Assembly (NCBI GenBank): GCA_964016885.1 | Contig: OZ024741.1 | Location: 118,482,001-118,546,000 of the forward strand | Length of the DNA stretch: 64,000 nt | DNA from: Eledone cirrhosa | Taxonomy: Eukaryota | Direction of reading: 5' to 3' | Shown here: in pieces, positions 27,300-41,800 of the stretch | How the letters are laid out: each line of letters starts with the position of its first letter | Position numbering within the stretch: position 1 is the first letter of the stretch | Program-made: the position numbers and the translations under genes | Notes under the pieces: generated by a model | What the model saw: the letters and a program-made list of their open reading frames with translations, nothing else | Told to the model about the DNA's origin: nothing | Database searches by the model: none

Positions 27300-30200
27300 T
27301 AGCCTTTTCCCCTAACCATTAACCCTCCTTCCTCTGTTATTTCCCTACCCTTTAGCTTGCAATTATATTTACTATCGTGCTAACATCCACTCTCTGTATC
27401 ATCAAACACTTGTACAATTTTTTTAATTTTTTTTTATATATTGTCTTTGTAATAGTTTAAACAAATAGTGTTTCTTATTGTTGTATTTCATGAGGGTTGT
27501 GTTGTAATCAAAACACATGCACCTGATGAGTTTCACTTCAGTTTGGTAATTAATCCATCAATCAGTTGGTTAATCAACTAATTAATTGCCAAACTCCTTT
27601 TATCCCACCTTATCAATAACTCTTGCCCTCTGTGACTTTTTCTCCACACTAACTCCATCATTTTGTCTCTCATTGATTAATTGATTAATAACCTGATTAA
27701 TAATAACAATAGAAGTGAAATGAAACTCAACTGATGCATTTGACTGGTCACTTGAGCCTCCTAAAATATAACAATATCTATTTCAACACGATTTCATATC
27801 AAGAATCTTGCATAATAAATACAGAATCAGTGTTTTCTTATTTTTTTACTTTCTCCAAATTGTTGTCAAACGTCTGATATAAATATTGTTGTCAAACATC
27901 TGATAAAACAAACATTGCTAGTAAACATTTTGTTTGATATAAACATTGCTAGTAAACATTTTGTTTGGTATAAATATAATTAGTAAACTTTTTGTTTGAT
28001 ATATACAATGCTAGTAAACATTGTTTGATATATATACATTGCTAGTAAAAGTCTAATATAAACAAGTTGCAAACATTTGTTTGATATAAACAAATATAGC
28101 TTGCAAACATTTGTTTGATATAAATATACATTGCTAGTAAACATTTGTTTGATATAAACAAATAGTTAGTAAACATTTGTTTTATGTAAAAAAAACAGCT
28201 AGTAAACATGTTTAATGTAAACAAACATAGCTTGCGAACATTTGTTTGATATAAACATTAATAAACATTTGTTTGATGTAAACAAACAGCTTGTAAACAT
28301 TTGTTTGATGTAAACAAACATAGCTAGTAAACATTTGTTTGATATAAATAAACATAATTAGTAAATATTTGTTTGATATAAATAAACATAATTAGTAAAT
28401 ATTTGTTTAATATAAACAAAGATAGCTTGTAAACATTTGTTTAATGCTATCAAACATAGCTTTTATGTCAGACAACTACTTTAGATGTTTCCCTATACAC
28501 TGCCTAAGGAAAATAGCTTGTGGTTGTTCTTTATTTTTAAATTATAAAATGTAGGAAAATCTATATAATTGAATTGGGGGGGGTTATAGCCATTCAACAA
28601 CAAACGACAGTAAAGAACCGTTGACTTAGGAAGAATTAGGGAAAATGTGAAATGTAGTCATTCCCAACACAAATGATTATAGTAATAGTTAATCACTATA
28701 AACAATAGTTGAGATAGACTATTATTATGGCCATTTCTACATTGAGATGACTATATTTCAAATATGAAATATTGGCAATTTAAGGAGGAGTAAAGCTGAA
28801 AAAAACTTGGCTGAACGATGTGATTTATTCCATTGGCTGACCCATTCTACATCGACATGATATTACTGCAGACCTCGTGCCTTGCTGCAGATCAGTATAT
28901 CATCTTCCCATGTCACCTTCACAATAAAAGTGCCTGGAACAACTATATATATATATATAATCATCATCACCGTATATATATATATATGGAGGGGGGGGGG
29001 GGGTCATTCCATCTCTTCCTTCTTCATAAATAACAATATCCTCACTAACCTACATACAGAGCCTTAAATAATATAATTACAGAAATTGAGAATACATAGG
29101 CGGGTGTATGTATATGCACACACACGCACACACACTCTGAATGCATCAGCATCTCTACTAGATGTATTTTAGTGTGTGTATGTATGTATGTATGTATGTG
29201 TCTTTATATGTATTAAAATACATACTATGGGGGGGGGGGTTTAATGTATGTCATTTACTACTGATGGAACATTTGCTATTTCATCTGTGTTTTCTTTTGA
29301 TTTTCTTATGCTTATTTCTTGTAAACTCATATATTTCTTAGTCTCTTCTAACCACTGTCATTGTCAGACCATTTCTGTTCCAAGGGAAAATACTATGAAG
29401 TACTCGCTGCACTGCAGTGTATAGCAAGTGAAATAATTGATACACTGCAGTATATAGCCTGTCAAGTGCTTGATATACTGCAGTGTATAGCCAGTCAAGT
29501 GCTTGATATACTGCAGTGTATAGCCAGTCAAGTGCTTGATATACTGCAGTGTATAGCCAGTCAAGTGCTTGATATACTGCAGTGTATAGCCAGTCAAATA
29601 CTTGATATACTGCAGTGTATAGCCAGTCAAGTGCTTGATATACTGCAGTGTATAGCCAGTCAAATACTTGATATACTATACTACAGTGTATAGTCTGTCA
29701 AGTGTGATACATTGCAGTGTATAGCCAGTCAAATACTATTTTTTGTGCATTCCAAAAGAAAATACAATCAAGTACGTGAAGGGGCATGACTTAGTGGTTA
29801 GGGTGTTTAACTCGCAATCATAAGGCCATGGGTTCAATTACTGGACAGGGTGGTATGTTGTGTTCTTGAGCATAACACTTCATTTCATCATTGCTTTAAA
29901 TGGTAGGACTAAGGCCCTTATCATTAAAGCACCCAAGAAACCTCCTATGAGAAGCACCCTTGAAAGAAGCCAACTAAGCCATAATGTGTGAGCTGTGAAT
30001 TTTTTTTTCTTTACACTGCAGCACATAGCCAATCAAATGCAGTGATGGTGGTGATATACCTAAATAAACACCATTCAGCAGTGACAATCTATTGCCATGC
30101 CATTTGCTTATGTTGGTGTTCTAAGGATAACACAATTTCACCTTACATAAAGAATCCAACATAAAACTCTCTCTCTCTCCCTCTCGTTCAACTTCAACTT

Positions 30201-32215
30201 ATTACATATATATATACACACGTTTGTATGCATATAACAAAAAATTGTAACACGTTTTCTGACAGTAAATTTTATTCAGGTGTAAGGAACATTGAATATA
30301 TGTCGGTGTTAATTTTTCAATCATATACACACACTTATATATACCCAGCATTTATATACATATACTAATAATTTCACACTTATATACCTGCACTCGTATA
30401 CATATACTTATATACCCAGCACTTATATACATATGCTTATATACATACGCTTATATACACACGGTTATATACACACGGTTATATACACGCTTATATACAC
30501 ACGCTTATATACACACATTTATATACATACGCTTATATACACACGCTTATATACACACGCTTATATACACACGCTTATATACACACGCTTATACACACAC
30601 TTATATACACACACTTATATACACACGCTTATATACACACGCTTATATACACACGCTTATATACACACACTTATATACACACACTTATATACACACACTT
30701 ATATACACACACTTATATACTTGCACTTGTATATGTATACAAACTTACACACACATGCACACAATGATACACAGTCACACAAACACACAGATATGTGCAT
30801 GTACATTTATGACAAAAAAACAAAAACCAGTTCTCCCAAAATCTATTGAATCTGTGTTATATTTGACATCTGAGAGGTGTTGCTATTAAATTAAGGAGAA
30901 CAAACCTTGTTTATCATTCTAACATAGCACACCTACCAATTTGTTTATATATTTCTTTCTATACATCCCTTTGTTCTGTATTATAGCTGCTATTATTTGT
31001 CAATAGGTTCTCTACAAATGAAACAATTCAGCAATTTGGTTCCAATTTATAGTTGTTCATTTTTTTTTTTTTTTTTTTTTTCATATCGGCAATACATAAA
31101 ATCACTCATGACTTCCAGTTATAAATCTGGTTTCATTCCTCTGTAAAAACTATATCATCAACATCAGCATTTTATCTCCACTTTTCCATGCTTGCATGAG
31201 TTGTGTGGGTCTTTTCCAGCACAGCCTTCCTCCACTTGTTGCATTCCTTGGCCATCTCCTCTGTGAGGTTGTGTTTTTTTTGTTTTTTGTTTTTTGTTTT
31301 TTGTTGTTTTTTTTTAGATCATGTCTCACCACTTCTGCCCAGGTCTTTTGCAGTCTTCCTCTACTGCAGCTTCCTTCAATTAGGATCTTTGGCATTTCTT
31401 CACCCAATGATCATCATCCATCCACACTACATGTCCATACCATCACATCTTGCCTCTTGCAGACTACATCTGATTCCACTTATATCTTAAATCCAGCTTT
31501 ACTCTCAACTCATCTGTGCATATATTGTGAAATGCATGACTTAGTAAGTTACAGGACTGACCTCAAGATTGTAAGGTTGTGAGTTCGATTCCCAGTTTCA
31601 GTTGTACATTGTGTCCTTGAACAAGACACTTGACTTTACATTCCTCCAGTTCACTCAGCTGGAAAAAATTATTTGTGATGACACAAGTGTTAAGCTATAT
31701 TGGTCTTTCCCTTTCCCTTGGACAACATCAGTGGTATGGAGAGGGGAAAGTTGTATGTATGGACAACTGGTTTTCCATAAGTCTGTGCCACATTGATGAA
31801 CTTTCCAGTCATGACTAAAGGGGATGCATTTCTTTATAATATGCAACACACTTTATATGTCTTGTCAATGGTTCATTTTCGTTAGAATCATGAAACATTT
31901 TCTGAAGCCTTGAAAAATTGATATATTTATTCTGAGTTGCTCTCCTTTAATACTACACTCTTCTGATTCCAAGTCTTGTTCTTTGTATCCAAACAAAAAC
32001 TAAAATAAACCTTTTCGTCCATAAAGAGGTATTGAAACTGGAGCATCTATCATTCAAATAGTCAAGTAGCCTCCTATGAGATGTAACCTTGTATGAGGCT
32101 AGCTAAACACTTATAATAGCATAAAGAAGTTCCAATTATAGTTAGTTTTTTTTTAATCAAAGGGCAGTGAGATATCCTCATCTCCCTTTATATTTTTATT
32201 TATCTATGCACACTC

Positions 32216-32246
<31 letters not shown>

Positions 32247-35200
32247 CATATATACAGGGGGTCCCAAAAAATGTATACACACTTCAACAGCATTCTAATT
32301 AAAGTGTGTATACATTTTTGGGATACCCTATATATATATATAATGAGTTATATGGTTTGTTGATTATTATTCAACAGAGTTAATTTTATAACATATTTGA
32401 AACACTCTACAGAATTAATCTGGAGTATTATTAATATTAACAATATAGCGGGCTTCAACTATTAAGTTTTCGCTAAGTTGTGTCAATATCTTAACACCAA
32501 ATATTATATTTTATCTGATGAAAGCACACAAAAATTTAGTGTCCTTGAAATACGTAAAATAAAATAAATATGGTATTAAGATATTTTCCATTTATTAATA
32601 TATTTATATATATATATGTGAATATTATATATTTTTTAATGAAGCTCATTGCTGATAGCATCATACTTGTTTTCTTTTTGCCAAATTCTGTACACACCAA
32701 TGCTTTCAAGAATAAATAAACATATTTCTCTATTTAAGACTTCTAAAAATTAAAGAGAATATATATATATTCCACTACTCTGAATACTAGATATTGTGAT
32801 AATAATTTACCTTAAAAGTCAATTTATAGAATAAATAAATTTGAAATTTTAATTTCCTTTCAATTCATTCTGATACTCTATGTAAACGGTTATATCTAAA
32901 AAATTTTTTTTTTTTTTTACACAAGCTTCAGAAGTTATTTCACATGTCTTAAATTAAATTTCTTTGGATGCTAAGCTAACTATTATTGATATTTTCTACG
33001 TGATAGATCTGATTGAAGAATTGAATTATTAATCGTGTTTACACAAGATTTGCGAAGTAGCACAACCAAAAAATTAGTCTAAATGAAATAATTAGTGGTG
33101 AAGAAATTTTTTTTAATTCTATTTATTTTGTACTTTACATTTGAAACTTTATTGCACAAACACTGATACTTTTTTTTTTTTTTTTTTTTTTTTTGTCACA
33201 TTTTGGTGGTAAATAGTTTAAATGTGGTTAATCTGGAGATTTGATTAAAACTGCTTTTTGAATACCTGTTATCGGAATAAATATATTTTTTGTATATAGT
33301 TATATAAATCTTTAATGTATGTGTACATACACACATGGAGACTGGCTTGTTTATATTTTGCTCTAATTATGCCAAAACTTGCTGTTTATCTTAAAGAATT
33401 ATTGAACACATTTCTAATGAAATACACTGTATTTTAATTAATGGAGAATTTAAAGAGATTTACTGAAATTATTATGTCATAATTTAATTGACATTTTAAC
33501 ATAACAAAAGGTTCTTATATAAAATGCAGTAATACGCCAGCTTTAATATCCAATCATCAGAAGGGACGTAGATATAAAAGCCAAACTTGCTATCTTCAAT
33601 TCAGTACCTGTGCCAACCTTTACCTATGGTCATGAATCTTGGGTAATGGCTGAAAGAATATGATGACAAATGCAAGCATCCAAAATGGGGTTTCTGAGTG
33701 GTTTGGAGTAATGTTACTTGATAAAGTGTAGCTTGGTGATCAGTGAATTGCTCCAGGTAGAGCTACTGCGTCTCCAAATAGAAAGATCACAGAATCCAAT
33801 ACTTCAGACATGTGGTCAGAATGTCCAAGGAAAGAATCGCCGGATAGATTTTACAAGCAAAACCAACTGACAGGAGACCCAGAGGTAGATCTCAAGAGAG
33901 ATGGTTGGATAACATGATGAGCTCAGCTAGTCTTTGGAGACATTTGCTCCTGAAAGGACCCACTGGAAGGCATGTCTGAGGAATAAGTGGATGAAAAGGG
34001 AGGCTTCATTTCATAGAACCAGAGGTGGTTTTGAATAGATTGATATCAAAAGAATTGTTCTTCAATAAGATTTGATAGTTTAAAAATTCTAAATTCTAAG
34101 TTACAACATAAGAAAAAGATTATTATATGATTACTTTGTCTTATATCCTCTCCTCCAGGAGATGAACTAAAAATGAACTGGTTTTTGGGGGGATTTTTTA
34201 TATCTTTTAAAACAATTTTCTGGAGAAATTTTCAAGATTAGATATTAAGATAACCATCAGTTGTTAAATAATTTTTTTTTAAATATATTGTATATTGTTA
34301 TTCCTTTCAGATTTTTGATAAGTTATTTTCTTCAACATTATGTTGGTGGCTTAATTTTTTCATTTCCATATTTCTAATGGAAGACACTAATAATGGACAT
34401 TTTAGAGGGATTTCTCATTATTAAGTTGAAACAGTGGATTGGCAGTATCGGCAGAATGTCAGATACCATGTTTTGCAGCATAGAGTTATGGCCCTTTGCG
34501 TTCTGAGTTCAAATCCCACCGAGGTTAACTTTGCCTTTCATCCTTACGAGGTTGATAAAATAAAGCACCAGTAATGCACTGGGGTAATTGCTGGCCGTGT
34601 GCCAAAAGTAGAAACAATTATAGAGTTGAAACATAACAGACTCCTGCTACATATAATTATGAAGCAGCTTTGACTTATAGAACCAAGGGTAGTATCATGG
34701 TTTTATATTAGTATCTGTATGATAGAACTACAGGCAATTTTGGGCAGATTGGTATTGAAATGATTAATTTTAAATTTTGGATTATATCTTATTTTTAGAA
34801 GATAATTTTTTATTTACTTAGGACCAAATTTTGTATCTCAAATCTTAGCTCTTATTTGAAATGTCGCTTATTGTTCCGATTTAGCATATATCATGATCAT
34901 GTAATGTCCATTTTCTCTGTTAGCAAGGGTTGGACACACAAAGTTGTTATATCATTGTTTCATACCATGCTTCTTTACTAAAATACCAACACCCTAACTA
35001 CTAAACTTTACTAATACAACGTTGTTTCCAAATCTTTCATTGATACCTTATTTATAATATACATCTTTTTATTTCTGTTTGTTTTTGTTTTGGGGTTTAT
35101 TTCTGTTAATTAAAAATTTTAGTTCATTATTGCATGCATTTCTTGTTTTGTTTTTTTAATAAATAAATCACTTTTTAACTGAATTTTGCTGTCCCCTCAT

Positions 35201-36041
35201 CCCATCCAACCCATCTCCCTCATTTTTTGCATTGGTTGATTCTAGTAACCCCTTAATGCTTCTTCTAATTAACATACTCCTACCATTACCATACCATTAT
35301 GACTTTATACTAAGAATGCCACTGCATCTCTCACTTTCTCTCTTTCCTCTCTCACTTTATCTCTCTCTCTCTGCCAACATAGAGCAGTCGTCTAACAATA
35401 ACCCTCAATAAATATTCTCTCTTTACTCACTGATCTCTCTCTAAGCATCTCTCTTTTCTCCTCGTGCTGATGACATTGCCAACACAGCCATCATAACCAG
35501 AATGAGTACCTCAGAGGTTCTTACCTCTCATCTTGCACACCTTCCTTCCTTCCTTCCTTCAATTCTTCCTGCTCAGTGTCTTGAGATTCCCCCCCTCTCT
35601 TTCTCTCTTTCTCTCTCTCTCTGGGGTGGTCTTTCTTTGTCATTCATTTTTTTTTTAGCATGTCCATTATGTTTTTTTTATTACACACAGCAGCATCCTA
35701 TACCTGGCTCTCTCCGTCTAACAAGCGTTTCGTCCCAAGACTCCGGCTTCACCTCACAGGATGCCCTGTTTTTGAGATCAACCACTCCACCATTCCTCCA
35801 CCTAAGACAGGTATGGAGATTCCACTGTTGAAAAAGCACGTCACTACACTCACTGCCACAATGACCAACCTTCCCGAATTAACTGTTCTGCAGTTGGGAA
35901 GTTACTGTCATGCATGGCTCTACTCTTCCTTTCACACTCTCTCTTTCTCTCTCTTGCTCTCTTCCTCACATTCACTCACTCTCTCTCTTTTTCTCTCTCT
36001 CACTTCATCTCATCCTTTCACTATTTCTCTTTCTCATGAAC

Positions 36042-36109
<68 letters not shown>

Positions 36110-36391
36110 ACTCCCTTACATCATATACACTCCTCTCTCTCCATAACTATAGCTGTTGTATGGTTGTGTGCCTGTGTATGACTGAGAGCATGCCTCTATC
36201 TAAATGCCTGATTGGATGTGGGCATGCTTTAAAAATATATGTACTTTGTATTTGTTTTTTTTTTTGGTTAACCGCTATCATTACATGGTTGTATGTGTCT
36301 GCATATATTATATTTCTGTATGTATATATGTGTATGTCTGTGTTTGTGTATATTTGTATGATGTCTTTGCATATCAGTATGTATATGTGCT

Positions 36392-36452
<61 letters not shown>

Positions 36453-36559
36453 CTCTGTTCAGCTGTATGTATGTGTATGTGCTTTTGTGGATGCGTATGT
36501 GTATATATATATATGTATGTGTATGTCTCTGTTCAGCTGTATGTATATGGGCTTATGTA

Positions 36560-36607
<48 letters not shown>

Positions 36608-38351
36608 CTCATGTATATATGTATGTATGTATGTGCTTCTGTGCATGTCTATGTATGTATGTGCTTGCATGTGTGTGTATGTATATATCTCTATGTATAT
36701 GCATATCTGTGGGTGTGTGTTTGTACAAAGACATGGTTCTCCAACTCATCTGATCTGAAACCATGACAACCTGAAAAGCAGATCTAAATTGATGATGATG
36801 ATGCCTGTGTGCATATGTATATATGTATGTTTTTGTGTGTGTGTGTGGCTTGTATATGTATGTATCTGTGTGTCAGTATGTGCATATATTTATATATATA
36901 TATATCTATAAGTCTGTACATGTGTCTGTTTGTGTAAGCATGTATGTGTGTGTGTGTGTGTGACTGTATGTGGTAATGTCTCTGTCTTGTATATATCTCT
37001 GTGTGTGTATGTCTGTATGTATGTATGTATGTATGCATGTGTGTGTGTTTCTGTCAATATGTATGTATGAATTTCTGTATGTGTATTAGTGTCGGTGTGA
37101 CTGTATATATATGTGTGTATGTGTGCGCGCGTCTGTATGTATATGCGTGTGCGCGCGCGTCTGTGTCTGAATGTGTGTGTGTGTGCGCGTGCGTCTATCT
37201 GTATGTATGTATACATATGTATGTGTCTATCTGTATGCATATGTATATGTTTGTGTGTGTCTGTAAGTATATGCATGTATATGTTTGTGTCTGTAAGTAT
37301 ATGCATGTATATGTTTGTGTGTGTGTCTGTATGTATATGCATGTGCGTGTCTGTATATATCTATATGTGTGTCTATCTGTATGTATGCTGAGTGAATCTA
37401 CTTCAATGTCTGCAGTTGTATTACCACCAATGCATCCATGATATATTTCTGCATGATCACTACTTAACATTTTCTTTAAACAAACCATATTAATTAAAAT
37501 AACTCTTTTTTTTATGTTTGTTTGTTTCCTATATTTTCTTATTGTTTTCTACCCATGTTTATTTCATTTTCCATTGTTTATATATATTTTTGTTGATTTA
37601 TTTGTATTTCACCTGTCAATCCCACTGTTTCATGTATTCATTATCATTATTATCATGTTCTTACCTGAACTTTACCTACCTGGCAGAAATACAATATCAA
37701 ACTAAAATTGCCTTTCATACTTTCTAATTTCAAATTTACGTGTCCACCACTATCATCCACCCATCCACACACACCATCCACCCACTCTCACACATTTTCC
37801 TGTCACCTTTCTAGGGTCAGTACCAGGCATATACTGAGTCAATTCATTTGGATGTATTTGTATATTTTTCTCCTCTAAATCTGTGACCTTGGATCAACAT
37901 AAATTATCATATTGCTGTCTAAACATACCTCTTCGTTTACTTTAGGGTTTGCTTGCTTTGAGATCTAGAAAAGAGAATGAGATCCTTTATAGAAACCCAA
38001 AGTACTGAACTATTTTTGTTTTAAGTAAGGCCATATCTATCTATCTATTTATCTATATATATATATATATATATATTATATAATAGAGAGAGAGAGAGAT
38101 ATTAAGAGGTCCAATCTGTAGTTTCAAACTCTTGTTTCATTTTTGTATGGGTCCTCCAACAAAGATCTACTAGATTCTATTGTAACACAACAGGTTGTAG
38201 TAAAAGATATGTCAGTTTGATCTGTAGTCATTTTCTGGGGGAAACTGAAGAAAGGACAGTTTTCTTTCAGGAAGTGCGATAAAAGGTATTCACTTTGTTG
38301 ACCGTTTCAGTTTAGGATATTTAATGCTGATGCCTACAGTATGTTCCCCCA

Positions 38352-38390
<39 letters not shown>

Positions 38391-38812
38391 TCCTTTACCT
38401 GTTCCAGCCATCCAGCTGAGGCCATGCTGGGGCATATATATATTGTGATTTTTTTTTTTCTCCCCGTTCCTTCCTCTTCTCACTCTCTATCTTTCTATTT
38501 TATTTTTTATTTCTAACTCTATCTTCTGATGGACTTGTGTCCAAAACATTCAGATTCTTTTCTTGCTATTTCAAGCATTAAATTAATATATTTCTTCAAT
38601 GTGCACCTTTTTAGGTTTGGACCCGGGTTTCTGCAAATGTAGAAAGTATCAATAAATGTATTTATAACTTGATGCACTTATCGTTACTTTCTGCATTTGT
38701 AGAAACCCAGGCCCAGACCTAAAAAGATGCACACACCACATCTAAACTATTAACAGGTCCCAAGATCTGTTTAGATACACTTATTGATGGTTTTTTTTTT
38801 GGGGGGGGGGGG

Positions 38813-38869
<57 letters not shown>

Positions 38870-41800
38870 TGTGTGAACGTCATCTACTGATGACTAATGA
38901 TGTTGGTTTTCCTGTTGATTTCTTAAGTTTGATTGTTGGGGTTATAACTATAAAGGAAAGGAGGCAGTGTGTCATCATAAATATGTACTTATATATTGTT
39001 GATGTCAGGGTTTTGTGATTCTGTGAGAACGGGTTGATAATTGTCCAGAATGTTATATAGAAATATATTATAAATCACTGGCGTAATTGCTGGCCTTGTG
39101 CCAAAAGTAGAAACAATTATTATTATTCTACTATTTCTGAACATAAATATGGTTATGTTGTTATATTTTTTGTTCCTAAACATTATTATAGTTGCTGTGG
39201 ATTGGCAGTATCGGTAGAGGGTCGGATGCCATGCTTTCCAGCATAGTTACGTCCCTTTACCATCTGAGTTCAAATCCCGCCGAGGCTGACTTTGCCTTTC
39301 ATCCTTACGGGGTCGATAAAATAAAGTACCAGTAATGCACTGGGTAATTGCTGGCCTTGTGCCTAAAGTAGAAACAATTATTATAGTTGCTGTGATTGTT
39401 TTTCATCCGTTGTCTGAAGTTGAATATTTTTAAGGGTTAGACATTCATGTTGTTGTTTCTTACCTGTTTTCTTTACAATGAACAATCAATCATAATTTTT
39501 ACCTGCAACACTAAGATTAAATTGACTTTACATTTGATTTATTTTGTGGTATCAAAATTTCTATCACTCTCTTTCCAACATGTTCAATTACCTGGTCACA
39601 AACAGTACTATGGACATTTTGTCACCATGAATCAAATGATAAATGTGTGTGTGTTTTCCTTTTTAATGGCTAAAATGATTCTTTCACACTGTTATTGCTT
39701 TAGTTTCAACACACCACTGTCTCAGATAAGGTAATTGCCTCTCAAATAGTAAGAGTGTCATAAATAAAAAAGATAATGTTAGGAATGTTACATATTTAAA
39801 CGGAATGAAGAATGGTAGAAAACTTCAGCATGTTCAACATTTATTTGATGTTTTCTTTTTTGAGCTTAAAGATATGTTTTCTGGCACATTGAATAGTATT
39901 TGTTTTACTGATTCCAAGGCAAACTACTGTGGGACCTTAACCCTTTTGACACCATATTTCTAATGAAATACACTGCCAATGTGTTTTGATTAATTTTGAA
40001 AATGAAATTTTTGGAGGAATTATTAAAATTAATTTTTTCATTAATAAACTGCTGTTTGGAACTTAACTAAGTAAAGTTTCTTACATAAAATTATATTAAA
40101 AGCTTTAAATAGAGAAGGTATTCTATGGCTGACTTGTGTGTTCTGGGTGGCCTGGATCTCTGGAAAGGCACTTGAGCAATAGCAATCAGGAGTGATAATT
40201 GCAGTTATCAATTCAGTATTCATGCCAACCCTTACCAATGGCCACGAATCTTGGGTAATCACTGAAAGAATACAATAGTGAATATAAGCAGCTGAAATGG
40301 AGTTCCTCCGAAGGGTCTTTGGAGTAAGGTTACTCAATAGTGTGCATAGATCAGAGAATCACTCCAGATAGAGCTGCTACTTTTTTGAATTAAAAGATTA
40401 CAGCTCCAATATTATGGACATGTGGTTAGAATGTCTCAGGAAAGAATCACTGGGCAAAATCAACCGACAGGAGACCCGGGAGTAAACCCCAAGCAAGATG
40501 GTTGGATAACATCCATAGGTTCAGCTAGACACACTTGGGGATCCAACCGGAACAATTGGAGATGGTTGCTCCTGATAGGACCCACGGCTCTCTCAGGAAT
40601 GAGTGGGCGAAGAAGGTTTCAATATAAGGAGGCAGGTTAGAAGCAAAAGGGTTAAGCAAAGTTGTGAAATTCTAAACTAGTTACCAATATGTATTTAGCT
40701 TAGTTCTGCTTAGATTAAATAATGCTCCAAATATCACTAATCTAAACTCACTGTCAGTTATACAAAATAACAAGGATATATATTGAAACTATAAATACTT
40801 CCATTGTATGTGAATTAAAGAGAAGGTTAAAAAAATTACAACATTAAATAGTTTAAATGTTTCATAAAGATTAATTTATTTGTAAAGTCATTTCTCATTC
40901 GCTATACATCATAAGGTGAGAATATCTCTGTTGCTTTTGTAAAATATTTCACAATGTTTTAATTATTTGATGACAGACCCAGGTTTTGTTGCATCACAAT
41001 CTGTTGAAGTATCAGCTGCTCTCAGAAAGGTTTGTCAAAAAGATCTGTAGCGGTGGAGATTTCTGGTATTCTTGGTTCCCAAACCGCTTTGCTATACACT
41101 GCTATTGAGTCAGAGTTGGCCACCTGCAGAAGTGAGCCTCATGAGTTGGAATGGCTATTTCAACACTTCTCCCTCTCTATCCTCTGAGGTAATGCTTTCT
41201 TTATTCTGTCCACTGGGATCACAAAGTAGCTTGTGCCTGGAGTCCTGCATGCTAGTGTGTTCTCCCACACTCTGGGCTAAAGTATTTTTTTAAACCAAGC
41301 GCTTTAACAGTAGGCATCGTTAGTGATCAGTTAATTTAGCTTTTATTTCTTTTATAATCAGATTCTTTTCAAAGATTTTAACTTCTCTCCACTATAATGC
41401 TGTTATAGGTTTGCATGCATGCATGGATCTGTAAATCCTGAGGGAGTCATAAGGGCGCCATTTTGATATACGTTTCTGGGGCATTTTTTAACCTGGCAGA
41501 GCCCATCTCTCCAGGTCTGAATACTGCAGATTTCTTCCAGAGAAGGATGGAAGTAAGAAAGAAAAGAAATATAGAGGAAAAATCAACCCCAGTACTTGAC
41601 TGGTACTTTTTTTTGTAGACCCCAAATGGATGAAAAGCAAAGTTGACCTCGACTTAAAGGTTTATTAAATAATAAAAATTTTGACAAACTTGATCCAAGA
41701 ATTCTAGAAAGTCTACTATTTAAGAGTGAATTTTTAAAATATTTGAAAGACTCAAATTTATTTAGCTATCATCATCGTCATCATTTAACATCTATTTTCC

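Noticed and set aside
27518-27750. CTGATGAG ... GAAAC as a hammerhead
   Set aside because: The match arises from a plain inverted repeat; stems I and III and a UH site cannot be built.
29405-29735. 33-bp repeat array as a possible CRISPR
   Set aside because: Head-to-tail units with no unique spacers, eukaryotic intron, no cas genes.
37815-37853. 39-nt in-frame segment [13 protein letters not shown] after a pyrimidine tract
   Set aside because: Donor GAT|GTATTT is weak and there is no homology.
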